A stretch of DNA of 63,958 nt, filler included, from Choristocarpus tenellus KU-1152 (GCA_964200185.2; 12 parts of 12 records of this genome joined end to end with filler, not necessarily neighbours in it), one strand, 5' to 3'. Shown: positions 40,337 to 55,082, counted from the whole stretch's first letter. Made by a program: numbers and translations. The notes: generated by a model from the sequence alone, not told the origin.

Positions 40337-40513
40337 GGCTCGAAGTATCTGGGAGGGGTGGTGGCTGTCCATTTGGGATGATTTTTTGATGTCGCGAATT
40401 TTGGGTGATTTGGTTGCATGCGTCGGATGGATAATGTAAGTGCACCTTTCCTGGTTATGGCCCAAATGGACACCTTAGTGTAGACCCTCCCCCCCTCCCG
40501 GATACTTTGGGTC
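40337..40513 (-). mobile_element. MITE B, complete
   Basis: Both TIRs present; TSD not evident. Confidence 0.9.
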
Positions 40514-40739
40514 ATCTCGGATCCGTTTCATGGACGTCAAATGATTGTAGTGTGTCCCAACGACAAGTTTTATGGAGGTCCTCAGAATGTCTCAGAGAAC
40601 ATCTCCAATGGTTGACAGTCTTCTAAGCGTGATCAATATAATGTTCATAAAATAACCAAAACGGGTAAAATTTGATATACCTGAACTAACTCGGTGGCGC
40701 ATCTCAGGTTGAGCGTCCCACTTGAACTTCTTCCAGTTT

Positions 40740-41500
40740 GGCGAGTGTGAGAGATATCTCTAGTTACACATCTCAGATATAGAACTTCAATAATGGTCTT
40801 CCCGGTTTTACGAGTCCCAGGACATATCCAGGGGCAATTCTCCTACAGAGAAAACTATTGACAGTCCTTCACTGATTCGCCAATAAATCACCATCGATCC
40901 TCAGTTCCAGTTCTAGGCAGAATCTCGTTGAACTGGTTGTCTCTCTTTCTCAGATCCTCTTGTGTCACGATGGTCTCTTTGAGCCCTTGTCGAGACATTC
41001 TTGTTTACTTGAGGTCATCACGAATGACTCTCATTGGTTGGGTCGTGTTGTGAATGGCTCCAATTCAAGCACCAGACTTGACCTGAACGTCTCCAGTTTC
41101 TACTCCGTTCAGGTTTGTCTGCGCGCTCTCGCTCGTGCAGTTGTATGCCCTGTCTTCAGGGTGCCATGACGACCAAATTTGGTGGATCTCACTTTTCTTC
41201 TTCTTCACCTTGATTCCTTTCCTGTTCACTTCACCACTAGTCCTTCAACACGACCTGTGGGTGTCGTCGCCATCCAAAATCAGAGATTTGAGCCATAGAT
41301 AAAGAGCATAAAAGACCTTGACAAGACCTGACAGCAGGTTTGCCAGAGTAAGATGTTTTCTTTCGGAACCTTCTCGGAAGAAATTACGGAGATAGATCTT
41401 GAACCAACCAATTTTTCTCCTGGTTCGTTGCACACCTTTATTATTTGTGTCTACATATTTCGGTTCTATATATATTTCAATTTTAAGGTCGCTTGACATT
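40740..41500 (-). pseudogene. Possible highly decayed Ty1/Copia gag-protease remnant
   Basis: KTGH followed by a frameshifted LVLE-GAIHNTT (cf. WVLDSGAxxHMT); many stops, weak match. Confidence 0.25.
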
Positions 41501-44058
41501 TTGCAATGTTGGTGTTGGAGGGACAGTAAGGAAAGGACAACACACTACGAACACAACAGTCTGTATTTCTTGAAATAAATGCCTTCCTATGCACCAACAG
41601 TGGAGGTAGAATGATTCATTAGAAAACAAGAACCGAGGTTTTTCAAACTATACATACTCTCCTACAATATACAGGTATACTACAAATTGAGAACTATGTA
41701 TCATGTCTAAAAATGGGAAAATTACTCCAAAGTATCAAGTCATAGGTTGAAATCTACTTCATACAATTCAAAAGGCAGTGAAATGATAGCATCATCCCAC
41801 TTAAAACCTCAAATTTTGTTCCTAGTGATAATAATAGTAAGCCCTACCTACACTGACTCTTGAAGTTGCACACACACAGACCATCACAAAAATGGTACCC
41901 TTGTACCAGTTTCCTCAAGGCAAAGGTAGAAGATCCAATTTCACCACATACCTTCATTGTTGACTCTCTCACCAACAGAAAATTCTGACTAGGAATGAAT
42001 AACAGGCCGATGACCAAAATCAAGTCATCTATTTCATACCATGCAGGGACAACGCATGAGTTGCCCTGTATGAATCATTTGCCTCAAGAAAAGATGCCTC
42101 CTCTGGTACATGGCAATAGGTATTATATCCAGTTAGCTTTGTTGTGAACTGTGCGTCACTGAAATTCAAATGAAAAAAACAACAACACTGTTTCTTGGGG
42201 TTAACTGCTACTATATATTTCTGTGCGACAAAAGCTCCGCACTATCAATATTGGCGTTTCAAAGTGACAAGAATACGTCTCCAAATCTGGAGACCCAGGC
42301 TTGCACAACTACAAAGAACTTGGAGAGGGTTGCTAGGTTTTTTAGCACACTGGCAACACCAAAAAAGTATAAAATAGACAGGGACACACATGCTGTGGCC
42401 GCATTCTTACCTCTCCACAAAAATAAAAAATAAGTGGACTGCCCCCCCCCCCCCCCCCCCCCCACCCACCCAAACCCCCCCCCCCACCCCCCCCCCCCCC
42501 CCCCCCCAACATCCTCTCCCCCAACTCCTATAATCTCTCTAGTGTTTCTCTCTCATAAAAGGAGGCATGTTTTCTCATTGCCAAAAACAGCAAGAATAAT
42601 GGAGGAAACTTGGTTTGCCATAGTGTCAAGGAGTCAGCCACAATGAGCCTTCCCCTATCAAAACGCGTAAAACCTTGCTTCTCCAAAGGAATGGGCTTCG
42701 TCATCACAAGGGCTAAATATACTCACAAACATGACTGAATAAATGACATAATCTACCTCAGTCGGCCACATGGGAACAAAATTAAACAAACCGCCTTCAA
42801 GGGTGGGAAGGTATCTCTATAAAGAGAACCCATACCATACCAATTCCGAGACATTGCTCACTCCCCCCTTGCCTCCTCTTTCCTCCAAGGATACAAAAGA
42901 AAATTCAAGGGAGGAATAACCGTAATTGACACAACACAAACTGTGCTATACCTTGGTCAAGCACAACCACTACACTAAACAACACACGCACAAGTTGATC
43001 TGACACAAAACAATCAACCAGCAGTGTGTACCACTACTATCAAGATAATACACATTCATACACAAAAAACTACATAAACAAACCTAAAATCATATTTCAA
43101 ACCAAACCCCTATCAACTAATTCTCATCAACACAGGATACAGGCACTCCACAGACATTGAGAACAAAACCATCGGACCAACCATCCATTCTCCTTGCATA
43201 TGCACATGCATATACACACACACACAACAATCTTTAAAAAAGCGCAGGGGGGCTAGGCTAGCTAGCACACCTACCTCACCTCTCTTTTCAAAACAAGAGG
43301 CGTTAATATATTTGCTTGTTGTGAGGAGCATCTGCAAACCCAGCCTTTGTAACTAAATTTGAAGAGGCATTCAAAACTATCCTTGCCNNNNNNNNNNNNN
43401 NNNNNNNNNNNNNNNNNNNNNNNNNNNNNNNTTAATTAATTAANNNNNNNNNNNNNNNNNNNNNNNNNNNNNNNNNNNNNNNNNNNNGTGGAATAATGGA
43501 TTCTTGACTGAGAACCTTAATCGGTACCACGGTATAACGGTATATGGCATACGGCAATAACGGTATAGTAACAGACAAACATGCTTTCCACAGTGTACTG
43601 TAATTTTTTATTATTATGCTCTCTGACATTTTGCAGATGTGTCAGGTATTGTATTGAAAAATTAATACTGACGCAGGTTGACTTATAACTCAACAACCAA
43701 CTTTTGAAACGTTTTCTTTTTGGAAATTGGAACATGTCGAACTAAGATAAAAAAATAAATGTGAAGGCGTATCGTTCTGCATCTTTGAGTTAAACACAAG
43801 AATATGGAGCACCCACACAACCAAGGAGCACCAAGTATCCCTGTACCTCATGCAGTACGACGTGAAAGTGATTATCGAGCATTAAGGGCCGAAAACTTCA
43901 AGTCCAGCAGTCAAAGGTGAGCAAAACCTTGTACAAGAGTTACCTGTGTCCCTAAGTATTACGTGTGAATCCTAGTATCTACGTCTGGACCGCTTTACTC
44001 GAGCGACCTTTTCGTTCCAGTTCGTCGTTCTGCTCGTAGAGATGACTATATTGAGCAG

Positions 44059-47000
44059 GTCTTTGCCAGATTTCCGGGCTCCTACGAGCTTTGAAATGTC
44101 TTCGATCTTGGGGCTCTTCTCAGTACTTCGCAGACCTCTGGCTGACCTCGGCATTGCCACTCCCACACTGCAGGGGACATGTCCCAGTGGCTTTGTTGGA
44201 CAAATACATCGCGAGGGTATGCTCAAAGTCGGCAACAGAGAGGAAAGGGTTCGAGGTTACTTGGCTCACGTCAGTGATGAGACGGATCTCGAGGTTTGCG
44301 GTAAGATTGCATGACATGTGATGAGCAATATTTTGCGAGGCATGACATGGATTTTCCCATGTTTTCCCACTCAATTGTGAGATTGGAATTAAAGTACTTG
44401 ACAAGACTTGGGCTGGTGTAATGACTTGAGTGTATCTTTTATTTCGTTGCCCTATTGTAGCGTACACCATTTCTGAGCGCCTTCCTGTCCCGCTCGTACA
44501 GAATACCCCGTCCTGGGTGCTTGAAGGCATCTGCCAGAACATGGGCGTTGTGTTCATTCCCAAGGGCACTGATGCAGCACTTCTATGTGACGACCAAAAC
44601 TTCACCTTCTTCATCCTCAGGGGAAAACTGCAACCTATTCCCATGTGCCATTCAGTGGGATCAATTGACTCACCACAACCACCAGGAGAGGAGGGGAGCT
44701 TCATCGTTGAGCAAGGGAAGAAATATCCTCATGTAACTGACAAGTCTATCAATTACCCGGTCCAAATTCACGAAACCTCTACAGACGCTTGGCATGAGGC
44801 TACATGCCCCCTAAAGTACACAAACCAAGGTCTCCCCGATAGAAGTTCCTACAACTCTACATTTTCGGCAGGATCTAAAAATGCCCTGTCTACCTTTACA
44901 GAAGCCTCTCATGACCCATGCCGTGTTCTTGCTCCTGGTTGTGTTTTGGGGTGGTTTCTTGGTAGGGAGAAACTACATGTCGTGAGGAAGGGGGAGGAGG
45001 AGAGTAGAGAGTGGGAAGGGAAGACCAAACTCAACATAACTAGGGATGAAAATGAGACCGAGGGGAATAGACAACAAGAGGAGAAGTGGAATTGGCGAAA
45101 TTCATGTACTAGATGGCAACTTGTAGCGAAAGAACCAACATGCGTGGGCAGGGTCAGTTTTTCTGTCCTTGATCAGTTGGAGAATCAGGAATATTCCAAT
45201 TTTCTCTCGGAAAAGGTTGTGCTGATGGAACAAAGTGAGGTGAGGTATTTGGTTTCAGGAAACAGAAATAGTGTTGAGGTTTGCTGGCAGGTATCACATG
45301 CAGCAGAAACACCTTGTCCTTATCCCTCTCTATGCAGGAATTATGATGTCATCACCCTTTGAATGCTTTTATCATTCTGTAAATTTCTTCACATTATCTC
45401 CTGAGTACAAGGACAGAACCACACCCTAGGTGGACCTGTGAAATTTGCCTTGCAGTAAGATTTCTTTATTGTTCATACCACAGACAACTGCCAGTGGATA
45501 CTCTTTCTACACATAACAAAATTCATCTCTATTGCCAAAGGTATTCTCCCAAGGCTTTAGGAGAAAGGAGATATATAGACTGGCAATGCTGATGGAGAGG
45601 TGGGAATATGACCAGGGGCGTGCCCTGGCTGCCAAGGGTCATGACGCTGACAGGGTGTGTGAGGGTTTGTTCCTTTATTAAAATATTTCAATTCCACGTT
45701 ATACAGAGCTATTTGAGCGCTAATGTTGCCATGTTTGTGTGTGTTTTGCAGTTGCATGGAAGGCAAGAATTTTTCACGTGTCAGATCACTCCAATGCCCC
45801 AGCAAGAATAGTTCACGTGCCAGGACACTCCAATGTCCCAGCAAGAATATATACATTGCTGCAGACTTTGAGGGGGGGAGGGGTGGTTGAGTACAAGCTG
45901 ATAAAATATGACCATCTCTTCTTGTCCTGCATCACTGCTACATTTTTACTGCCATTCTATCATCATGAGGCCTCACAGTCCCCACTTACAGAAGGACAAA
46001 AAAACACAAAAAATGTCATGCTAATAATTTCCAAACATTGTGCTATCCCTGAGGTCTTTCTGGTGGCATCGGGTGAGGCACTACTTATGGGAGACCCTCA
46101 TTCAGTTTCTAGCCGTGCCCCGAGCTCACTTCGAATACGCAGAGGACAACTATTCGGTGCTGAAGAGGTTGGAACGATAGGTTAGATAAGGAGAGAACCA
46201 ATCATTGCAGGTGTCTCAGGGGAACATGGGTGGTTGGAGGTAGTAGAAGTGTGTATAAGTCAGACGACGATTCGAAAGGATTACAAGACACAGGAAGAGA
46301 CAGTATGTAGTGGGGACAGGGAATGCACGAGTGAAAGTATCTTAGGGTTAGGGTACGAGTTTTGCCCTGTTTGTCCATTTGGGGCTTGGGGTTTTTCGTG
46401 ACATTTTCCTACTCTAAAATGTTTCGGAGTAGGTAATAATGTATACATTATGAAAAGGTGTGTCCGGAACAAGGATACTGACACTTCCTAACAATCGCGA
46501 TAGCCAAAATTACATCAAATTCGTAACATTGGATTTTGAACCCAAATGGACGCGACCCTACCCTCTAAGATACTTTGGCTCACACAGCACTCCATAGAAG
46601 ACGGGAGAAAGGGAATACTGAGCTACTGTAAAATACGACCTATATTTTCAATTGCTGAAGAAAACATATAGTGTTCAGTATGTGTGCATACTCAACATCC
46701 ACCTTGTCCTTATGTAATGCGTTTTCTCAAATCACCATTCCGTTTGACTGAACTACTACTCCTGACCAATTCAACATTGCTCTTCCTTACTTGTCTCCCT
46801 ACTGTGGGCCAACAAATGTATACCCCCACCAAACCATTTCTCCTTGCATGGCTGGGTTGGGGATTTTTGACTGCTTCGAGTCCCACTCGTGCTCTCGGGT
46901 TGGGACTGTGTCTGGTCCTTCATGTTTGCTTGCCCTTGGGGTTGGATACGTTTTTGTTGGTACCTCCACGGGTGGATAAAATTGTTCCTGTGGACGTGTT

Positions 47001-50000
47001 TTTTCGTGGATTTTGCAGGCCATATCTGGTGCAGGTGCCTATAGCTGCAGTCTTGTGGCCAGAACCTCTACAGTGGTATCTTTCAGTCTACCATCACTCG
47101 TCTTTCTGGAAGCAATCGAAGGTGTCAACACCACATCCATACGGCGGCTTGTGGCAAGGGCAAGGGCTACTATTCCAAGCTACTGCCAGGAAGAATTGGC
47201 AGAAGTACAAGGACCAGCGAGCAAAGGGGAAAGCACATGCTCTGTGCAATCACTAGGAGGGGTGGAAGGAAGAGCTCGGGATCGAAACAGACCTCTCAGG
47301 ATTTGGACAGCACCAAGTCGGTGCGTGGGTTGGTCCTCGTTTAGATTTGTCTGTTTGCAAGTTGTGTTCGGGAGTTGGGAGGCACCACGCTGGCCATACC
47401 CTTCCTTCCCTGGGAAAAAGCTCGTGTTTTGTGGCTGTATGTGTTGATCTCTATCCTTCTTTCTCTCACCCAACCTAATTGCAAGTAGCAAGTAGTGCAC
47501 AAGGGAGACTGCGTGGAATTAATGGGTAGAAACACCTACATATGACTTCGAAATGTTGATAGCTCTGAAGAGGTCTACCTCATGATTGTCTACGTCATCG
47601 TAAGTGCTACTTCAATGCACCATTAAGTTAAGATTCCGACTATTGCTGAATACATATTTGACAGACCACCGCTCAAGTATGGGTTTTGTACATCTTATTG
47701 GTATAGTAGTACAAAAATGATGTGCCAAGTACTAAATCACATCTGCAGAATAGAGACTAACTTTAGTGCAGATGATTAGCCCTGCAGTAGTGATAATATC
47801 TGCATGTTCTTTCTCAGAGTCGCCACCCCACCTATTCTCCCCTCTACAGGGAATCCACTGCCAGTCATTCCTCAAGAGAGGGAGTGGTCCTGTTTCCTGT
47901 GCCCTCTTTTTCAAGTACAGCAGCACGGGGTTACATGTGCATTAGTGGCACGCGCACCAGCTCTACCCCCAGTGAAAGGGTCGGCTGCCTTGCCTCCCTC
48001 TGGAAACAGCAGTTGGCACCTTCATTGGCTCCCGTTGGAGTTTGTTCCACTGGAGGCATGGGGGTAGGTTTGGAAGGAGTTCCTAGAGCAAGGCATGGGA
48101 ACAGGGCTAATTGGGATGGGTGAGTGCATATTCTGCTTCTTATGGATAGTATCACACAGCTCAAGCTTAAGGATGCTCCTTCCTTCCCTCTATTTGATCC
48201 AATGTCCCAATCCCCTGCAAAGTCTACACGTAGATGTAACATCCGTACTTGTGCCTTCAATCAATTCAGCCTAACCTTGATTACTCGTTTCAAAGTATTT
48301 TACTGAAGTGTGGACCGAAAAGCCAGCTGTCAGTTTCCGATCCAATAGATGCGAGTTCCAGTCCATCACACTTTTTAAGGGGGGAGAATGCTCATTGCAA
48401 AGTGAAGCGTAGTTCTTAACTCCAGCAGTGTTCATCCTATCAGTTGCATCTGTTCTACCTGGAGAGGAAGGCGGAGTGCTTTTTACTTGCTTTTTGTGCA
48501 CTGGCATTTTACACCTCTCCTCCCTCATTTTTGGTTCGAAGTGAGAGTATCTAAGAGGGTACGAGATTTGCCCTGTTTGTCAGTTTAGGGCTTGACTTCC
48601 CATAGAGGTTTTTGTGACATTTTCCTACTCCAAAATGTTTCGGAGTAGATAAAATGCGTACATTTTGAAAAGGTGTGTCCGGAACAAGGATAGCAACACT
48701 CCCTAACAGACACAACAGCAAATTTACATCAAAATTACATCAAAATTACATCAAAATCGCAACATTGGATTTTGACCCCCAAATGGACGCGGCCCTACCC
48801 TCTAAGATAATTTGGCTCTACAATCTGATTGTGTCCAGTTCATTCCTATGCACACCTGCGTTTTCTCTGCCTGTGTTTTTATCACATTAAAAGGAAGTAT
48901 CTAATGACAGATGCAACTATCCATAGTTATTTTCTAGCGATAGTTACAACTCTAGTCTAAAACAGCATGTACAGGAGTGCACACCAGTTTCTCCTCCAAG
49001 ATTAGTATTGGGAGATTGTCCAGGCTGTTGTTGCTTTGTCACTCCACCCACTCTGGTTTCACATACATCAAACAAACGCACTTTAATTCTATACACCACT
49101 TGCCGTTCCGTCAATGTGTTACACCTCATCCAAGAACCCCTCCATTCATGACCGATCTGACAAGTCATTCACAGGAATCTTGGATACAGTCACAAGCCAT
49201 ACAGCAATGCCCTCATCTCACAACGCTTGTTCATCCTACCTCCTTTCCAATTCCCAGAGGGGGGACCAACGAGGGGATAGATAAGTTGCAGGAAGAGGTA
49301 GAGGAGGAGAAAGAAGGAGAGGAAAACAAAACTGTCCTAGGCAGTGATAGGAGGGTGATAGATATCAGAGAAGATGAGCAGGAGAAAGGGAGAGGAGCAT
49401 ACACTCTGAGTAGAAAGATTGCTGAGGAAAGGAGGACAAGGTATGAGGATGGAAAAGATGATGTTGGATACGGAGTAAGGGTAAGATTAAACGAGGGGAC
49501 AGGGCACACTAGAGGCAGGGTTACATCAGCAGACAACTTGCCCTCCTCAAAGCAAGAACAGATCTCGAAGAAAATGGATTATCAAGACCCCTGGCAACAG
49601 TATGGTCCATCTCCTCTACACTTGCCATACTTGATGGGGTGGGAGAGGGGTGAAAAGGGAGGTAGCTGCAGGGAACACCACAGAGGTGATAATGTGACTG
49701 GGATGGTGGTTTTCAACGGGACAGGAGTAAGGAGAGGTCGATTAAAGAGTCCAAGACATAACAAGGGGAACACGAACAGGATAAATATCTGCTACAATCG
49801 GCTAGCCAGGGGTGGGATAGTCAATTCACAATCTGTGTCAACTGCTCCTGCTGCTACTCCTGGTCACAATATATCAACATTACACAATAGTCTCTCGGTT
49901 GCATCCATGCCAAACGGCAGGGAATGGGAGAGTGGGGATGCAGAGGAGGCACCTATAAGTGCGTTAGGTGGAAACGATGTCAGGGTCCCCCATTCATTAG

Positions 50001-50194
50001 GGGGGGACCTTGCTGTGGCACAACAATCCCTGCGTACACGCTGGCAAAGGGATCTGGTATGCCGCAGCCTTAGCTTCTGGAAGGGCTCAGCAGGATATGC
50101 GGCCCAACGTGCATATCGTGGTCCCTTTGTGATGAGCAGGATGAAGGACGCTCGCTCTAGGGTAGAGTGGAGGCCAGCAACAGCCTGGGGATAG
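44059..50194 (+). CDS. Protein with two cyclic-nucleotide-binding-like domains and a long disordered C-terminus, 3' part; exons 44059-44300, 44502-45239, 45541-45654, 46054-46167, 47019-47320, 47850-48119, 49258-50194
   Basis: Phase-consistent GT-AG model. Domain 1: ISRFA|NTPSWVLEGICQNMGVVFIPKG...FFILRGKL...VLAPGCVLG...QLVAKEP. Domain 2: IYRLAMLMERWEYDQGRALAAKGHDADR|VFLVASGE...RRGQLFGAEE|...YSCSLVART. Confidence 0.75.
46329..46581 (-). mobile_element. MITE A (intronic)
   Basis: Both TIRs present; flanks GCAC/ACAC. Confidence 0.9.
48539..48818 (-). mobile_element. MITE A (intronic) with an internal TTACATCAAAA triplication
   Basis: Both TIRs present. Confidence 0.9.
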
Positions 50195-53100
50195 GAGGAG
50201 AGACGTGCAAGGAAACCCACTGTACACGGTGGTTTTCATTCAGTAATCAATTGAGCGGATAGTGTCGCGGCAATCACACATCTGTTCCTTGTGGCATGCC
50301 AGCTGCTATTTTCCTTCAATTTTGACGCTGGCATATGTATTAGGTTGATTGTTTTGTAGTGGTAGAGTGTTGAAATACATCTCACCCTCGTCTTGGATGA
50401 CAGAATCACATATCATAGACAAGGTAGGACAAAGGTGGACAAGGTATGTTTACTCAGTTACTGTAAGCCTACCAACCAAGATGACCACGTTATATATTGT
50501 TTGGGACCTTATTTTCTTGACTCAGTTTTATGTGATCGTGCTATCACCTTCTAGGTTGGATACTCCTAGCTGGTGAGAAATGGTCAAGTCTATCTAAAGC
50601 TCACTGCTCTATGCTTACAGCCTCGACACCAAGTTAATTTGTCACAAAAATGTACAAAATGTGTTGGCCGCAAATGTAAGGAAATTTAGTAAGTGACGGA
50701 GAGAAATTGTATACCTTGAGCTTGTGCCGAACTGTATCATTTAGAGAAAAACTATAATTTCTCGCTAATAAACGTTGAGGGTTAGGTAGGTCGGTATGAC
50801 GGTTTGGGGTTATACCACCAACAGTATACACTAAACTCATCTCATCGTCATTGATTTATCTCAAAGCCATACCATACTATCCATTCCATCACGTCCCCCA
50901 CTCTATATTTTATGCCCTGACAAGTAAGGGGTCGAAATGGTATGTGAAATGCATGAACGGCGTTTTCCAATAGGAGTAAAGAAACAAAAAAAAACTCAGC
51001 TCCCTTTTACTTGGTCCACAACAAGATATCGCTTTGATCCCTGTGTAGTCTATCTGAGCCAGACCGTAACAAATCAGTGGGTTAGACTTCTATGTGATAT
51101 CAAGAACAAGCTAGATATGCTTATCTCACATGAACTCAAGTCCTTCGTCTTCATGGGGTTATAAAATCAAATACCAAACAAACCAGTGAAGTAAGCGCAA
51201 GGGGGTAAATGTCAAAGTTGAAGGATCGGTGTTTGTTTTGAATCAGATACCTATGTTGAGTCCTACAAAGACAAAGGAACGCATCTCTATGTAACTCCTT
51301 TATTGTGTAGTAATTTACTTGATCTTAACCCGCGATTGTCGAGTAAGGAATGGATGTGTGTGCTATAGCTAGATGTGTAATGAGGGTGTGAGATAAGCTG
51401 AAACTGAGTCAACGGCAGTGCTGATTGAAATCATGTGGTGGGTTTCCATCATGGTTCATTTATTTCACACCCTTTCAAAGTGTTTTTTGCATTCGACACC
51501 CAGGGCTAGAATTGTCCATTTGTGTCAATTTGAGGTTTTCGAGTCGGGAAAGGGTACAGGGCACTGATGAAGGCCTGTGGTAGAGGTTCATCGCTTGAAT
51601 CATGGGCACAGAGAAGGGTTGTTTATGAGATGCCGCTCAACCTCTGATGAAATTCGAAGTGAGAAGTAGATATCCCTGCTCTTCATAAACACGAAACCTT
51701 TTTATCTCCTGCAATTTTGAGGGATCACTTGACCACATCCATTGCTGGGACAACCACACTAGGAGATGGATTTAACAGTTGTGGGGTAAGGATGAGTACG
51801 ACATAAGGTATTGCGTAATTTTACACTACTTGTTGCCCTTAGTTGTGTCAGGTGGTGACTACAACATCTATAGAACATTGACATCTTACGTTTCTTTTAC
51901 ATGCGGCCTATATGTCTACGTGCATTACTCCTAGCATATGCACTACATCATTTTACTCAGGAAAGCGAACCGTTCCGAATTGGTTGAGGAACAGCTTTTT
52001 GGGGAGGATTGAAGCGCTGTCCAAGTTTTTTGTTCTTGTTCCTCTGCCTGTTCACGAAAATCTGGATGAAATGATCACCCACTCATTTCCCTTGATTCCT
52101 CTCCTTACTATCCCAACGTCACTCCAACAACTTCCATTTCCCACCAAATATAGACCTTGTCCTGCCAACAGCACCCGACATAAATCCATGTTGCCATCGA
52201 CATATCCACTCATATCGATGCAACAATACACATATCAACCCAAAGTCACGCTGCCACCTGTAAGACATCCTTTTGTGGGGTTATCCTCAAATCCACTCAA
52301 AAAATAATGTTGTCATTCCTACCACATCCGCTTGATCAAATCGTTGCAACCTTCCACATACCAACTCTAAGCTGTGCTGCCAACACCATATCCACCCCCA
52401 AAAATAATACTCCCAAAACACTCCACATTCATCCACCTCCCTACAGATACTGAACCCTTAAACTAGAAGACATCTACCCTATTCAACTTTGACCTCCCTA
52501 TCGCATAGATGTATCTGATCTACCTAGGTAGTTCGTTTTCATTACCTCTTGCCCTGACTGCACCCAATCCTTGTTACTATTTTACCCCAACTCTGTTTAC
52601 AACCACATTGGGTCCCTCTGGTTTGCCCAGACGTACACCATAAATGCCCTGGACCTCTACCTTTCTTCACTCTGTATCACAACATTTGACCCTTTCATAC
52701 ACTTAATGTCATATAACAGCCGAATCGCTGTCCCCCATTAATAATGTAGGGTCTTTTCCCCCTTTTCTACTAGAAGGCACGAATTTATTGCCATTCCTAG
52801 CAATCCAAGGACGCCAACAGAAATTCCTTCCTTGTTTCCCTTCACAAGGCCTAACAATACGCCTTTACTAACGTTATCTGGTAGGTCACACCTCTCACAC
52901 AGTAACTTGCATGGATATTTTTTAAATATCGACCCAAAGTATCTGGGGAAGGGGGGGGGTCTACACCAGNNNNNNNNNNNNNNNNNNNNNNNNNNNNNNN
53001 NNNNNNNNNNNNNTTAATTAATTAANNNNNNNNNNNNNNNNNNNNNNNNNNNNNNNNNNNNNNNNNNNNAATGGACACCCTGGTGTAGCCCCCCCTCCTC

Positions 53101-53602
53101 CCCCCAGATACTTTGGGTCTTATCCATGTAATATATAGATAAACTGAATTTATTCAGCTCCCAAACAGTCTGTGTTTATACGTGTCCTCCCATACATATG
53201 TTCATTGGACCGATATGGCAACCAATATTTCGTCTCCATTAGATAACTGTTCTGACACCTTTCTCTAATACTTTTGCTGCAATGCAAACCCAATCCTTTT
53301 CCCTCCCCCCTCTTCTTTGCGCTGTTAGGACCATAGAGAAATTAGCAGAAACCCTACCAGGGGGACGTCCACGCACAAACATCACGCACTCCACTTCACC
53401 ATCTTCAGCACAAGTCGAAATTTTCAATAACATCCTCCACCCAAACCAAGCGGCGGCAACCAGGCAGACTCCGGGCTTTGAACCCAAAGGGGAACTTTCC
53501 TGAGCCATCATTACAACATAGCCAACACCCACTCAAGCGCCAGGCGTACATATCCTTAATATTGCATTTTAGGCCAAAATATATCTAACAAGGACAGTGA
53601 CC

Positions 53603-53812
53603 GGGTCCAAGTACCATGGGGGATGGTGGTTGGTGAAGGTGCGTCCGTTTCGATCCGGACGACGAAGTACTACAAAATGATGGGAATTGCTGTCTTTAGT
53701 CCACCTCTCTCCACGACTGAAGACAGCAATTCCAATGAATCTTGAGTACTTTGTCCTGACAGAAACGGATGCCCCCTCACAAACCAAACACCCCCCTAAG
53801 ATACTTTGGCCC
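53603..53812. mobile_element. MITE family D with ~65-bp imperfect TIRs
   Basis: GGGTCCAAGTACC...GCGTCCGTTTC...AAGTACT is inverted relative to GGGCCAAAGTATCT...GCATCCGTTTC...AAGTACT; a similar end lies at 55996-56061. Confidence 0.65.
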
Positions 53813-54149
53813 TTTTCGGCTGGCCATCCAAAAAGGGTGCATTCTCTCACCGAAATATGAACCCGCTCAGTTGCCGTAACATCGTCTCAACGGACCTGTA
53901 AGAACTTTCCTTTGATGCGTGGGACGTCGATTGCAGATGAAGCACCTGAAAGGACCGCTGAGTGTCCTAAGAAAGTCAGAAAGAGTTTTTGAGGAGCTCG
54001 ATGTGGAAGGGGTGAAGTTATTGATGCGTGGACGCGATGCATAAACATGTTGAGCGATCACGACCGCTGCAAGAGTTGTTGCAAAGTCTGGCCTTGGGCA
54101 GGAACATCTCCGAATCACTGATTCCCCGTGGAACCTGTGAAATAAAACA

Positions 54150-55082
54150 ACAGTGTGATACGAATGGCGAGGAAGAACTACCTAGGCAACGTCTATACCA
54201 TGGCGGTATAAAAACTACTCGTTTACGACTATAGGTGGATGATGTGGTGGTCAGAGACCACTCGTTGTACAACAATAAAGGATGATGGTTCCCTCGGAGT
54301 CACAGATGCCATCACACCCACGGAGACAATGAGGCTAAGACGAAAACCCCGCAGACGCCGTATGAAGATCACAAACCCAGGTGGGAAAAGAAAAGAATCT
54401 AGGTGGGCGTAGGAAGCTACAAAGAATCCTAAGTGTTGAGGTGAATACGGAGTATTCTCTCTAGTTTGAAGAGAGTCTCGGTAAGACCTCCATGTTACAG
54501 TGTGCCCCCCAGAAATCACCTCCACAGGATATGCAACTCAAATCCAACAACCTTAAACGACGTTACGCGGGGTTCGCAGACCTCCATGTTACAGGGTGGA
54601 AGTCTCGGTAGGACCTCCATGTTACAGCGTGCCCCCCAGAACTCACCTCCATAGGATGTATAACTCAAATCCAACAACCTTAAAACGACGCTACGCGGGG
54701 GTCACAGATGATGACCATGTATGGTGTCAGTTGATGCTTAGCTCAGTCAATGTCTCGCTTTTCGCTTTATCAAAAGAGGGTAAGGATCAAAGAACTGAGT
54801 CGTGATCAACGACTCAGCCCTTTATTAATATCATTCACCGTTTTTCTACCGCCAAAGAGTTAAATGACGACTTCAACTGCTGTGTAAATACTCCAATCAT
54901 AAATATTTATTCTGCAACTTTCAGGAATTGACATCTAATTCTGTAAGGTTATGTATGCACTTCGAATCTTAGTCTGCATCTTCTATCAATTCAAAATTCC
55001 TCATATATGAATTCTTACGCATGCATACTGTTCGCGCATTTTGGCGTGCAGAAAGAAATGCTCACGCTATTCGCCTGTAACA
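54150..55082 (+). mobile_element. 3' internal region plus LTR, with the LTR start tandemly duplicated
   Basis: GACCTCCATGTTACAG occurs three times (TGTTACA at 54493, 54587, 54620); ends TATTCGCCTGTAACA. Confidence 0.65.

Noticed and set aside
44120-44704. 194-aa minus-strand ORF
   Set aside because: Antisense shadow of the cNMP-domain exons; it spans a + strand intron.
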